NCBI GenBank assembly: GCA_973895155.1
Contig: OZ316891.1
Span: forward strand, 22,147,168 to 22,211,167
Length of the DNA stretch: 64,000 nucleotides
Direction of reading: 5' to 3'
From: Marsupella aquatica
Lineage: Eukaryota > Plantae > Marchantiophyta
The translations under genes and the position numbers were made by a program. Numbering within the stretch: the stretch's first letter is position 1; each line of letters starts with the position of its first letter. Positions 23,701 through 35,845 of this stretch are shown here, piece after piece. Under the pieces are notes generated by a model. The model had not been told where the DNA came from and searched no databases. It worked only from the letters and a program-made list of their open reading frames with translations.

Positions 23701-26700
23701 ATGGCTGGAGGTAAACTCAGAATAATTTCACAACTCCAGTTTCAAAATTGCCTGTTTGGTACTTTTTTCCTACATAATTTACAATCAAGCGCAAATCAGG
23801 CCACATCCAGTAAACTGAGTATCAAGCATCAGTGAAGAGCTCCATGAATTACTGGGGAAGTTTATGGCGGATTGGTTTTATGTTGGTGGTGGAGAAAATC
23901 AGGACCGCTAGCTATCCTCTATTATCTTTAAATTTGAAGCTTGGGTGACTCTGTAGAATGGAACACTTTCAGGACCCAGTTGTATATAGGTGAAGCATGC
24001 AACTTATAACAAGTTCTTCTCATGTTTTGGCAGATGGGGTATCCTTGGGAGATTGTAAGGCATGATATTTTCTATCCAGTAAAGTTTGGTGGCAAAACTA
24101 TTGACTTAGACAATGGAAGGAAGCAGTGGATTGGTGATGAAATTGTAAATGCTTATGCATATGATGTCCCTATCCCAGGGTACAAAACAAAGAATACTAT
24201 CAGCTTGCGACTTTGGTCCACCAAAGCAGTAGCAGAAGACTTTGATTTACAGTCATTCAATTCTGGAGATCATGCAAAAGCTGCTATCGCTCATGCTAAT
24301 GCAGAAAAGGTGTTCTTTACTCCTCCTTTGTAACTCCTTATCCCAAATCTAGATGCGATGCATAGAGGAGAACCAACTTGGCTTCTCTACTTGATTGATG
24401 AAGATTGAGCAAAAGAGTAATGAGAACTGTGGAGGTGTTAATTAATTGCCTGTTATATTGGACATTTACACAATGTAGAGAGACCAAAGGATTGACCTTG
24501 TCCTTGTGCTAACCTGTGTGTGGCTTGGGGGACCCTATGCTGGCACAGATCTGCTATGTATTGTATCCAGGTGATGGAAGTGATGAAGGGAAGATTCTAC
24601 GACTTAAACAACAGTATACATTGTGCTCAGCATCCCTTCAAGACATTGTTGCCCGGTTCAAAGATCGGTCTGGAAGCAGACTTAACTGGGATTCTTTTCC
24701 ATCCAAAGTAGCTATTCAAATGAATGACACACATCCTACTCTCTCTGTGCCGGAACTTTTGCGGATTCTGACTGATATAGAGGGTCTGCCTTGGGATCAG
24801 GCCTGGCACATAACTCAAGCGTAAGTTTTTTTTAATTCTTTTGACATCTTTCTCGTTACTGTTTTTTTATGTTTCTCTTGTGTACCACTCTCATAAGTTA
24901 CAGTACCGTCACCATGATAATGTATTTTGATTCCCAAGTTCAAGTCTAGGAGTTGCAGTCTTACTACAAGTTACTAAGAGACACTTGCTTTGCTCTTTCA
25001 ATCAAACATCTGACAACATTTTAATGTTCTCTGCTCCAGTTGAATGGCATGTTGACAATGTTGTGCCATGTCTTGCCTCTAGCTTATCTGGCTGCGCTGG
25101 TGTATTTCATTACCTACAGTCTATAACTGCTTAGGCAACATTCTTTTGTTTGGAAATCTCAGGCACCAATAACTGTCATTCACGACCAATATCATAGGGA
25201 CGATCAGGTTGCAGGTCCAGCGCAAAACATTACTTTTTTGTTGTTCCAGATAATTGTGCAAGTCCAAAAATGCTCACTCAAGAGTCCATTTTTTAAACTC
25301 AAAACAAGGTTGACATTGATAATGTTAGTGTTTACTTCAAGATGCTTACAATTTTCTTAAAAAATGCATTGGAAACATTTTCTCTAGTTATCACAAAAGC
25401 TATGGCAACTGTGGGAGCTAAAGTTCTAATATCATTTCTCTCTTGCGCAACCCTGTCACTTTGGTACCCTTGACTGTTGTCTTTCTTATCTTTTCCAGTC
25501 TTGTAATATCTGGCAGATTGTAACGCATCACAAAGTCCGGGGTCTTAGAAAAAATCTATATTGTTGTGACTCCCTTTTCCCTGTGCATTACGTCCTTCAA
25601 TGGTATCACCTCAAGGAATTTTATTATTTTTCTGTTGTCCTTGGTACACATTGAATGAACAGTCCAAATTAGCATCCCTCAGGTCTGTCATGATTAACAG
25701 TGGTCTTCACTCTTCAGGACTGTGGCCTACACAAATCATACGGTGCTTCCCGAGGCTTTGGAAAAGTGGCCACTGAGCATCTTTGACAAACTTCTTCCTC
25801 GACATACTGAGATTATTGAGAACATCGATGAACAGGTACCTTGCTGAAAATACTGAGAAAATTGATAATGCAATGAAACAATTGCCCCACAGAAATTCAG
25901 GGAATTCTTTGTTTGTTGAGGTTGATAATTATACTCGACGCGAATTGACTCTTCTAAGTTTTCTTGTTGTTGATAAACATAGTAGAATTCATGGGTCCCT
26001 AAGCAATCAAACACGGATGAATTCTTAAGTATTGGGTTACTTTGGTTCTACTCAGGGGTTCTACTGTATAAGACTTCAATGAACAAGAAAAAACAATGAA
26101 TTTTATTGTGGGATCTCCATGTTTTGATTAATGAAAGGTTTTTGGTGTTTTAGTATCCAGACCAAATCAACTCTCCAATTTGACATCTCTATATGGGCTA
26201 TTGTGAGCAATCTTTGATCTCACACAAAAATCTTTCTCTGCAGTTTATGAGACTTCTGGTGAAAAGCAATATCTTTGATAAGTCAAAGGTGGTGGGAAAG
26301 TTGAAAAACATGAGAATATTGGAGAATGTTGGGATACCTGATAATGTGAAATCCATAATTTCATCAGGATCATCAGACTTGGAGGAGGAAGAAATAAATC
26401 ACCTGCGTGGTGGACTTGAGTTTGATACAGATCTAGATGACACCAAAGTTTCTATCATAGGAACACCTAAGACTGCTCCAACAGTGCGAATGGCAAATTT
26501 GTGCGTTATTTCTGGGCACACTGTGAATGGGGTGGCTGCTATCCACAGTGAGATTGTGAAAGCAGACGTGTTCAATGATTTCTACAAGGTGGGAACTTTG
26601 CTTGCCTTGGCTCCTCTCTTGCTCTAGGAGGACGTACATGATCCTAGCACTAAGTAACTAATTAGGGAAGAATGGGTCTTTAACTATCTATTGTGCAACC

Positions 26701-29700
26701 GTGCCATTTGTCTCTAATATCTTAGTTTCAAAGATCACATTGGTGGAGGTGAGAAAATTCCTTTAATTTGACAATGTTTGAGACATACTTAGCAGGCGAC
26801 ATATACAGTGTAAGTCTATATCCCTCCATACCATGATCAATCTTATTATGTTCTTTAAATCAATGAGTGTACACAGTATATTGTCATATTTTGATGTGTG
26901 ATTACCAGCAGGGCCACAACTGCCTCCCCTACTCTCCACAAAATTTCTCTTCGCATCTACTGTTTGACTTCAGTTGCATGTTCGTTCCTCTACCAGTGTC
27001 TCTACGCTGTGCTCCTTTACTCCAATCTGAACTCACAGACTACAGAACTTACTCATTCTCTTGCTCCTTCTAGTCTCGTTATGTTCTTTAGCTAGCCAGC
27101 TCCAACGTTGTATTAGTTTTCTTCATTGCGTTTGTGGCTCCACATACTTCAAAGAAAATATCCAAGTTCTCAAAAGTGATACCTCCAGATTTAATGGGAT
27201 TTTATTAGTAATTTAATTTCAAGTCTGCAAGATGACGGTGCTTATAATAGTGATTGGAGTTGGTCCATGTCCTTCTGAGTGAAACTGCCGGTAGGCTGTC
27301 CTCTTCAAAGACCACAATAATCAGCAATTGCATGTGCCTTGGAATTTAACTTATACTGAGGCACGGAACTTCCTGATGAATTGTTCAAGAAATTTAATTT
27401 TCCTTCATACATACATTTCTCTTCACCAACATACTCTTGTCTGTCCATGAATTTATAAGCTATAAACTAGTGTTCTCGTTAGGTTTTAGTAAAATTGTAG
27501 GAATCAAAGGTATTCTTCTAGTACACAGTATTCGATCTCTTTGTGCTTTGTTTTGTCTATTTGTTTTCTTGCTGTTTGACTTTTGATTCTTCATCTCAAC
27601 TGCATAGTAGTGTCTTTACTTGGGATCACAATGTCTGACATGTGAACCGTTCTGCTTCCAGCTATGGCCAGACAAATTCCAAAATAAGACAAATGGTGTG
27701 ACACCTAGAAGATGGCTAAGCTTCTGCAATCCAGATCTAAGTCATGTTATCACCAAATGGCTAGGTTCTGAGCAGTGGGTTCTGGACACTGAACAGTTGA
27801 AGGGGCTTAGAAAGGTATGTGGACTGACTCTGTTTCTTGCTAAGCTGTTTGGCATTCAACCAAATCTCTTGGACAATGAATCCAAGTGAGAAAGGAGTTC
27901 AATTTGAATGTCTGCTTGAATGTCCCCTACAAGATCTCAAGACTTGGAGGAGTGCAAAGCATGATTTACATGTTTTGGAGTTTAGGTAGAGGCTGAAATG
28001 CCTTTCTCTGATGTATTTATTTCTGAGTATTGAGTAGTATATTTTCAATTGAATCTGTTTGTGTTAAATGTCTGGTGCTATGCAGTTTGCTGATAATAAG
28101 GATCTTCATAGAGACTGGTTTCAGGCAAAGAGGGCCTGCAAGATCCGGCTTGCAAGTTACGTCAAAGAGAAAACTGGATATAGAATCAGCCCTGATGCCA
28201 TGTACGACATTCAGGTATTCAACTATTTTCATTCTTCTCTAAGCAGTGAAGAAGTTTTGCATAATTATGTTCAGTCCAAAAATCTGGTTTGTTGACTCTT
28301 GCCTGGGCTAAACGCCTTGACTGACATGTTCTGGACTTTGAAAGTAACGAACTGGTAATCAGGCTTCAATACTATTATTTCAATTTCTTGGCAAAAGGAT
28401 CATCACTAATTAAAGTGACTTGCAATGTATGCAGGTGAAACGAATCCATGAGTACAAGCGTCAGCTCCTGAACATTTTGGGAGTTATTCATCGATATAGG
28501 ACGATGAAAGAAATGAGTCCAGCGGAGAGGAAAGCAAAGTATGTGCCACGGGTGGTTATGTTTGGAGGGAAAGCATTTGCCACATACTTGCAAGCAAAGC
28601 GCATTGTGAAACTGATTACAGATGTGGCTTCAACAATTAATCATGATCAGGAGATTGGGGATTTGCTAAAGGTCGGAGGTCCCTCCTCCCTTTTATTGTC
28701 AAACCTTTGCTTGGTCATATGTATGGTAATGAAACTGCTCTGGTGGTTTGTTTTGTTATTGCAACGACACGCCCTTCAGCAATTTTTATTGGTTGGCCTC
28801 TCAGTTCTTGTCATAGTTGTAAATTGAACTGAGAGTTCGATCTCCCTTTGGTATTCAGGTGGTTTTTGTGCCTGATTACAGTGTGTGCGTAGCTGAAGTA
28901 CTAATTCCTGCCAGTGAACTCTCCCAGCATATCAGGTATATATGCCATAAGTAGACCTTTAGCCCACGGATTTCCGGTTGTATTGGAAGTGTCTAGAAGT
29001 AAGAGTTAGGTCCAATCTCCTGAGAATTGGGTAAATCATCATTTAATTTGCCCTTGTCATCTGTTGCAGTACTGCTGGTATGGAAGCCAGTGGAACAAGC
29101 AACATGAAGTTTTCATTCAATGGCTGTGTTATTATCGGGACCTTAGATGGTGCGAATGTGGAAATTCGAGAAGAAGTTGGTGAGGACAATTTCTTTTTGT
29201 TTGGTGCCAAGGCTGACCAAATTGCTGCCTTAAGGAAAGAAAGGGCAGATGGCAAGGTTAGTGCTCAGAATGAAAGTTCCTTGTGTTGCTGGTATTGACA
29301 GAATCCAACGTGAACATATTATACTCTTTGAAAGTATGCATGCACAATTTTTTTTCCTTTGGCGAATGTGATCCAATCAATTCATTTTGCCTTGTTTTCT
29401 CCCCTTTATTGGGTCAATTGGGATCGTGTCTCCGGGTTGGACGCTTTTTGAGTTTTGGCAGTGTCGTATGTGTATAATTCCATCTGTCAAATAACCATCT
29501 CTGTGATTCTGATATGTTTAATATAATTTTGGCTGGTTTAGTTTGTGCCCGATCCACAATTTGAGGCTGCCAAGAAATTTATCAGGACCGGGGTATTTGG
29601 AAAGTATGACTTCGGAGCTCTAATTGATTCTCTCGAAGGGAATGGAGGCTTTGGACGCGGGGACTACTTTTTGGTGGGAAAGGACTTTCCCTCATATATT

Positions 29701-30160
29701 AAGGCTCAAGAACAGGTGGACGAAGCATACAGGAATCAGGATGTTAGTGTTTCCCCCAGCTGATCAAGCTTGCCTGCCTTCTATGATATTTAATGTCATG
29801 TATCAGTAGTTTTTTCGTGATGTCCGATCAAAATTCTGATGTTGTGACACACTATGTTATGCTTATTCCACACTTTTAATAAGCTGGGACAAGGCGCTAT
29901 TATGTCCTCCCGCATTTGGAGTGACAGTGGAGGTTTAAGCATTCATAGGTTCAATATGCTTTTGAGTGTCCAGGTTGATTGACGAGTTTTTACATGGGAT
30001 GGAGATGTTGCTCCTTACTGGATTGGGTGTTTATGGATGGCAGAAATGGACGAAGATGTCGATTCTCAACACAGCTGGATCTCCCAAGTTTAGCAGCGAT
30101 CGAACCATCCATGAATATGCAAGAGACATTTGGGGCATTGATCCGTCTCCAGTGCCTTGA
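20775..30160 (+). CDS. PHS: Alpha-1,4-glucan (starch) phosphorylase, GT35, ~888 aa
   Basis: GT-AG exons with consistent phases: 21940-22178, 22406-22507, 23534-23710, 24034-24309, 24549-24820, 25718-25835, 26244-26588, 27662-27814, 28086-28214, 28435-28671, 28859-28935, 29070-29256, 29542-29742, 30044-30160. Motifs [75 protein letters not shown] (PLP lysine), FSSDRTI. The first coding exon 20775-20811 is inferred (phase-compatible GTAAGT donor) and less certain. Confidence 0.93.
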
Positions 30161-30499
30161 GTCCTCGGCAAATATTGGGATATTTATGAATTACTTTCAG
30201 GACGTCACTAGATCATTGCAAATGGGCTCCTGACTTCTTGTTGGAAGAGCATTGAGACAGGGGTTCCATTGTATTGTGTTGTGTTTAGATCTAGTAGATA
30301 AGTAACCAAATTTTCAGTTTGCTTGCCTTCTCAGGTGAGCACAAAAAAGTCTCAGTGGGAAAATAGATTCCTTGTAATCAAAATCCTTGTAATCAAAATA
30401 TTCAGAGTAAAGAAGCTTCACTCTAGACTATGAAAATGGGTCTAGAAGGTTCACTATGTACTCTGAGAAATTAGATTCCCTGTTATAACAAGAGTCGCG

Positions 30500-30525
30500 G
30501 TCTAGAGTGAAGATTCACTCTAGAC
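30500..30525. repeat. Perfect 12-bp inverted repeat between convergent PHS and MRE11
   Basis: GTCTAGAGTGAA-GA-TTCACTCTAGAC; a third arm copy lies at 30417-30428. Confidence 0.8.
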
Positions 30526-31347
30526 AGTACACCATTTGATTGTTGTCAAGTGATCCTTTTGGTTTATTTCTCTGACACCTTGCCAGGAATGGAGTGACGA
30601 GCTCATTTGATAGCTGGTGTAAAACCTCTCATGTTTCCAAGATATGTAAAGATTTAAATGGCAGGACTACTGCTAATAATGGAGTTCACCGTAAAAATGG
30701 CTATTGAGCCCCCGGACGGCAGCAACGTCTCCATAGCCTGTGAGGATATGGTGTTTCCTCGAAAGTTGAAGCAACTTGAAATAATTCAAGAACCAAATGA
30801 CAAGGAACAAATGAAGGAATCAACAGATAGCCCATTGAGACTCACGTTGACGGAAACATCGGTGTTTACTTCTCGGTGTGAGTGAAACCGTCTAGAGAAA
30901 ATCTAGGGAAGAACGTCCTTAAAATCCACAAGAATGATTCTCTAAAGAGCGAATATCACTTGGAGCCAGGGTTCGGCTCCTCCAGTGACAAGTCAAGAGC
31001 AAGAAGAATCCTTGTGTGATCTGACAAAACGTTAGCCTTGCAAAAGATCTGTTCAGAAATTCCGTGCACACAATCTGGATCCGCAAACGATACAACCGCA
31101 TCAAGTTGCTCGACTCTTTCCTGTGCGGAATATCGTAAGTCATTCGAGATTTCTGTTGGCCAGCTTTTTCTACGATACGCAACTTCTCCATTGATATGTG
31201 GAAGAGACTTATTTGAGAAATCACACGGCTATTAACATTCAACCATGGGTACTGCAGCACGTTATAGCTTAAAGAGTGCCCAAGCAATTTCCTTCAAGGA
31301 AAATCATACAGTGGCCATTCCTTTGTCACATTGAAATGTCTTCACTC

Positions 31348-33564
31348 TCATCTTCGCAATGCTCCCCAACTCCCGCGAGCTCCCTGATTGGTCGTTGCGC
31401 CCCTGCCATGGGAAGAAGGCCTCGCATAATCCTCATCGTCATCATCATCCTCCACATCATCCTCGATATAGCTTGCCACCGTTGTTGCTGCAGTCTTTCG
31501 CCCTCTCTTGGCTGGTGGTTGTGATCCCCTGCCTCTCCCTCTTGTTGTACTTCTTTTCCTGCCTCTACCCACAACTTCACTTGGCTCCGATTCACTGTCA
31601 TCAAGCACCACATCTGGGTCTTCAGCAGCTGCAGGTGCTTCATCATCACTGCTGTCGCTTATCTGCACACTTTTAGAGGATGTTCCTAAAGCTGTCCCTG
31701 CGGAAGAAGCTCGAGTGTGGGGCACTGTGCCGCTGAAGTTAAGCGTGGTCTGCTTCTGTCTTCCTCCACGAGACCCTCTGCCTCGTCCTCTGCCTGTAGT
31801 CCCTCTTCCTGTAGCCTCTGGAACAGCCTTCCTTGCAGATCTCCCCCTGCCGGTAACTTGTTGAGGATTCCTACTTGTAGCTGCTGGGATTGGGATGGGT
31901 CCTACATTTTCCTCGTCATCACTGAAGTCTTGCAAACTCTGCACAGCGGTGATATCTTTGTCCAGCCAAGCTTCAGAGCTTTGAGCTGGGTTTTTTTGGC
32001 GTTGATGACTAGTAGCATCAGAAGATTTTGCAGCTCCGCGTTGGACGACTCCCTCAGCTTCACGTTGCCTCATGTGCAAGCTCACCCTTTCCAGAACGTC
32101 TTTCTCTTCTTTAAGATTCTCGGCACCTTCCTGTGCAAGAGTGCTCTGTGTCTTGTCCAAATTCCCGTGCAAACACACATGAAAGGCTTGTTTCTCATCC
32201 TTGTTGACAAAATCATGAAGTGCAATTCCCAAATCATCAACCGGCAGGATCTCCATCTTTAAGTTGCTCTCCGCAACCAGAGCCTCAATGTTTTGTTGAT
32301 TCAATTCCGCCAGTCCTAGAGCTGCCTCGGGTTCATCATCCTGCTCCCCCTTTGGCCTCCTTGGCTTAGCCGCTTTAGTGAACAGCAAGATGTCATTCGG
32401 ATTGGCAACCTTTCCAACAAATTTCTGCCCAAATCGTTGAGGATTAATTGTTGAAGAGCCAGTGTAATCTACCCTCAGTCGTATCAAAGGAACCTGAAGA
32501 CCAGATTTACTTGTCCCTTTAGGGACCTTGGCAATCATAGATTCCACCTTCTGAGTAAGGTACTCCAACACAGACTCCTGATCATTGGGATCAACATCAG
32601 GGTCATCTCTGAGGCAAACATCAGCAAAGAGGAACGGTCGAACTGATTGCAGAGGTATCTTCGTTGGACGGTATTGATTTCCCTTTATCTCTAAAAGTAG
32701 AACATGCTTAGGAGCAGCCTCACCTTCAGTGAGCGCTGTCGCAACAGATGACCCTGGCTGAGTCACATGAAATCCCATGCCTGGCACCTCCTGTGGATCT
32801 ACGAGACATTCATGCTCATGGCCCCAAATTACTAAATCAAGAAACTGAGCCAGGAAGTGCTCATTAATTGCATTCTTCGGATTGGCCTTGACCCTATTCT
32901 GATGAATCACGAACATGTTGAACCAGGCTGACACAGGGCAATCCTCCTGACTTGCAGGTCGGATCCACTGCACAGCATGCGGCATTTGAAACATGCGGTT
33001 CAGCCTCTCGTCTCGAATGTTCCCCAGCCCATAGAGGGCCACCTTGGTGGAGCCCTTCTGTAAGAGAATAGGATGGAGCATAATTTGGCCTACACCAGAT
33101 CCCCCAAGATCCACCTTTCCAAAGTAGTTCAAAAGGTTGCACGAAGACAGGATGTCAATGGCCGAGAGATTGTCCACTCCCGCTGGATCATCATGATTTC
33201 CATGTATGGAAAACACTGGCAGACCAACGTTGTAGTGGGGATCCTCGTAGTTCACGTGCCCATATCTGTTAGGGAAATTAATGGTCTGGTCACTGATGAC
33301 CTGGAACTGAACGGGTCGGTCATTCAGGCAGTAACGCCGCAGAATTTCTATTGTTCTAACCAATGTTGTTCGCGACGGCTTGTTCTCATGGAACAAGTCT
33401 CCACCCAATAACATGAAGTCCACCTCCTTCTCGGCCGCGATGGCGCAAACCTCGTCGAAGGCATTGAAAGAATCGCGACCCCTGACCTCATCCTTCTCCA
33501 GGTAACCCAAGTGACTGTCAGTGGCCACCAAAACACGAAGAGTATCCTTATCGGCGTCCATCAT
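31348..33564 (-). CDS. MRE11: Double-strand break repair nuclease MRE11 (intronless CDS, 738 aa)
   Basis: Phosphoesterase motifs ATDSHLGY, GGDLFHENKPS, SIHGNHDDP, VIHQNR, WGHEHEC, QPGSSVAT; capping domain PLIRLRVDY..NPQRFGQKFVGKVANP; RG-rich and acidic C-terminal tail. Confidence 0.97.
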   Translation of the reverse strand: MMDADKDTLRVLVATDSHLGYLEKDEVRGRDSFNAFDEVCAIAAEKEVDFMLLGGDLFHENKPSRTTLVRTIEILRRYCLNDRPVQFQVISDQTINFPNRYGHVNYEDPHYNVGLPVFSIHGNHDDPAGVDNLSAIDILSSCNLLNYFGKVDLGGSGVGQIMLHPILLQKGSTKVALYGLGNIRDERLNRMFQMPHAVQWIRPASQEDCPVSAWFNMFVIHQNRVKANPKNAINEHFLAQFLDLVIWGHEHECLVDPQEVPGMGFHVTQPGSSVATALTEGEAAPKHVLLLEIKGNQYRPTKIPLQSVRPFLFADVCLRDDPDVDPNDQESVLEYLTQKVESMIAKVPKGTSKSGLQVPLIRLRVDYTGSSTINPQRFGQKFVGKVANPNDILLFTKAAKPRRPKGEQDDEPEAALGLAELNQQNIEALVAESNLKMEILPVDDLGIALHDFVNKDEKQAFHVCLHGNLDKTQSTLAQEGAENLKEEKDVLERVSLHMRQREAEGVVQRGAAKSSDATSHQRQKNPAQSSEAWLDKDITAVQSLQDFSDDEENVGPIPIPAATSRNPQQVTGRGRSARKAVPEATGRGTTGRGRGRGSRGGRQKQTTLNFSGTVPHTRASSAGTALGTSSKSVQISDSSDDEAPAAAEDPDVVLDDSESEPSEVVGRGRKRSTTRGRGRGSQPPAKRGRKTAATTVASYIEDDVEDDDDDEDYARPSSHGRGATTNQGARGSWGALRR

Positions 33565-34500
33565 GGGGTGCTCCGCAGTCCCACTTCGCCGTGCAGCTAA
33601 ATCCTAAAGGCAATTTCTCCCAAATTCATTCACTCGTAGTCCAGCCCATGGAGCTTCACAACCTACAGCAAAAAAAATTGGGGGGTCAATGTCATAGCAC
33701 GTTCGAAACATTACTAGTACTAGTGAACGACATTAGTTTTATCCGAACAGAATGTTGGAGAAGTTTAACCCTAAACCTCAACTCCTTCACGAGAGTCATA
33801 GGTAGCATTTCCAACGTCGATTGTTAATTTCCTTGGAGACTCATTTTTCAGTTTCTTTGCTCAGGACCTCCCCGACCTTCAGAGAAGAAAGCCTCGCACG
33901 AACTGAAGTTTGGGAAGTTAAGAGTCACCGACGAACATCCATGACAGGTACTGTTTGTACATGGGGTTTTGCACGCGAGAGGGACGAAAAAAACTCACAA
34001 ATGTCTGCGTCATTCATTCAAATCAAGCATGCAAACCAGTAAGCCAGCCAGATAACTTGTTTGAGGGGACATTGAAACAAAATGACGGCTCCTCGGTTCT
34101 TGTGAAATTGAGCTTCGGCAACTGTCTCTCCCTCTCAGCATCTTCTCCAAAGATAGACACTCGACTCTGAATCAATCAACCTGGCCGCTGCTGAGAAGTC
34201 CAACAAAGAGAGGCCAATCTTAATTGTACTCACTCATTCATTCACTCTTCGTAAGGTTTTATAGCCATCATCTACTTGCCTCAGGTTCGCCCCAACAGAA
34301 AGGTTGATCATGAGCTGGAGTCTGTCGTACATTCATCCCCCACCCCGCCAACTTTCCATGCTCTCACCGTTTCTTCATTTCGTTGCCTGATTCCTTCTTT
34401 GCGGTCCTGTACCGTGAGATTCTGGCTTCCCTTCCCATTCCTCATGACCCGTGCCGGAAGTTTTTGAGTTGATTCGAAACGTCCATTCGAAAGATTTCTT

Positions 34501-34520
34501 CCTAAACCCTAGACCCTAAA
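34501..34520. promoter_or_regulatory. Telo-box-like motif upstream of MRE11
   Basis: CCTAAACCCTAGACCCTAAA; similar motifs near 33767 and at 39845 (just upstream of the SF3A1 ATG). Confidence 0.45.
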
Positions 34521-34571
34521 CTCTAGTCCTGAAAGCGCTTGAAAGAAAGAAGAATTCTCTGCTTCCAAGAC

Positions 34572-35005
34572 GAAACTCAGTGATGTCTAGATCTCAAGTT
34601 GCGCACTGGGCGAGAATGGAGCACAGAACCGTCAGTGTCTCTCTCGAGGGTGCATTCCTTTCTGTCATTTGCAAAGCTATTGGGGAAGCGGAAGGTATGT
34701 TGTTGGACACTCAGTCTTCCAGACAGGCTGGTCCAGCTCCTATACAATTCTACTGCAAAATCCAACCTCTCCGTCCTCTCTCAGTGAAGAAATTCTATGC
34801 TTCCATGGCGGAACTCAGTGATCTCCATATCTCAAGTTGCGCATTGGGCGAGAATTGATCACAGATTTTCAGTGTCTCTCTCAAGGGGTGCGTTTTGCGA
34901 TTGGGAACTTGAAGGTATGCATGCCGTTGGACATTCGATCTTCCAGATAGGCTGGTCCAGCTCCGATACAATTCGACTGCCAAATTTAACCTCTTTGTCC
35001 TCTCT
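34572..35005. repeat. Diverged tandem duplication, 2 x ~200-240 bp
   Basis: AACTCAGTGAT..ATCTCAAGTTGCGCA.TGGGCGAGAAT..CAGTGTCTCTCTC..GGCTGGTCCAGCTCC.ATACAATTC.ACTGC starts at ~34574 and ~34812. Confidence 0.85.
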
Positions 35006-35276
35006 CTGTGCCTCTCTCCTTTCTCTCTGTCTCTCGCTCATTAAAACTCTCTACTGGTCCTTCACTCGCGCCATTTTGTGCGCCAGTGCATGTGGATGTT
35101 CTGCTGGAGGGAAACTGGCCCGCCTGGTCAAAGGTGGCAGCCTTCTCACCACTTTTCTCGATGTTTGTTTTGGGTTGAATTGGAGGGCTTCAAGACAATC
35201 AAATACGGTCAGGACAATGGATGATGGTACAGTACGAATACTTGTGTGATTTTGAGGGATAGATGAGCAAGTATTA

Positions 35277-35845
35277 GAGCATCTCCAGCGGTTTACGGGC
35301 TTTCGGCCTGCAAAGTTAAAAATTGCCCCTGTCGAAATGGAGGCCTCCATTTTAGGGAGGAGGCTGTTTTGCCTGAACTCCAGCGGTTGCCGCTTTAGTC
35401 AGGTCAATCATATTGAAAGAGGAGCGCGCTAACTCACAAAGGGCATGACTCGAAGGGGAGTGTGCGAAAGTGTACTGTGCGATGAAGTGCGGTTAACTGC
35501 TGACCCAGATAGTCCGCCGCGTGGATGATATTGAACCTTTGATTTGGATTCGGGCCGCAATTTCCAGGCCACACCTTGACCTGATATTGAACCTTTGATT
35601 TGGATTCGGGCCGCAATTTCCAGGCCACACCTTGACCTCTATTCTTGGCAGAAATGGCAGCCACGGACGAGAGTGCGACTTTGTGGCCGCCACTTGATAT
35701 AGGGTACGGGCCACCGGTGATGTAAGAAATGCCAACTGCCGGGAGATTCCCAGTAACTGCCGGGAGATTCCCGGGAGATTTGAGGGTACCATTGGAGATT
35801 CCCGGGAGATTCCCGGGAGATTTGAGGGTACCATTGGAGATGCTC
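35277..35845. mobile_element. PIF/Harbinger (Tourist-like) MITE, 569 bp
   Basis: TIRs GAGCATCTCCAGCGGT / ACCATTGGAGATGCTC (first 11 bp perfect), with TTA on both sides (35274-35276, 35846-35848). Internal ~57-bp and CCGGGAGATT tandem repeats. Confidence 0.9.
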
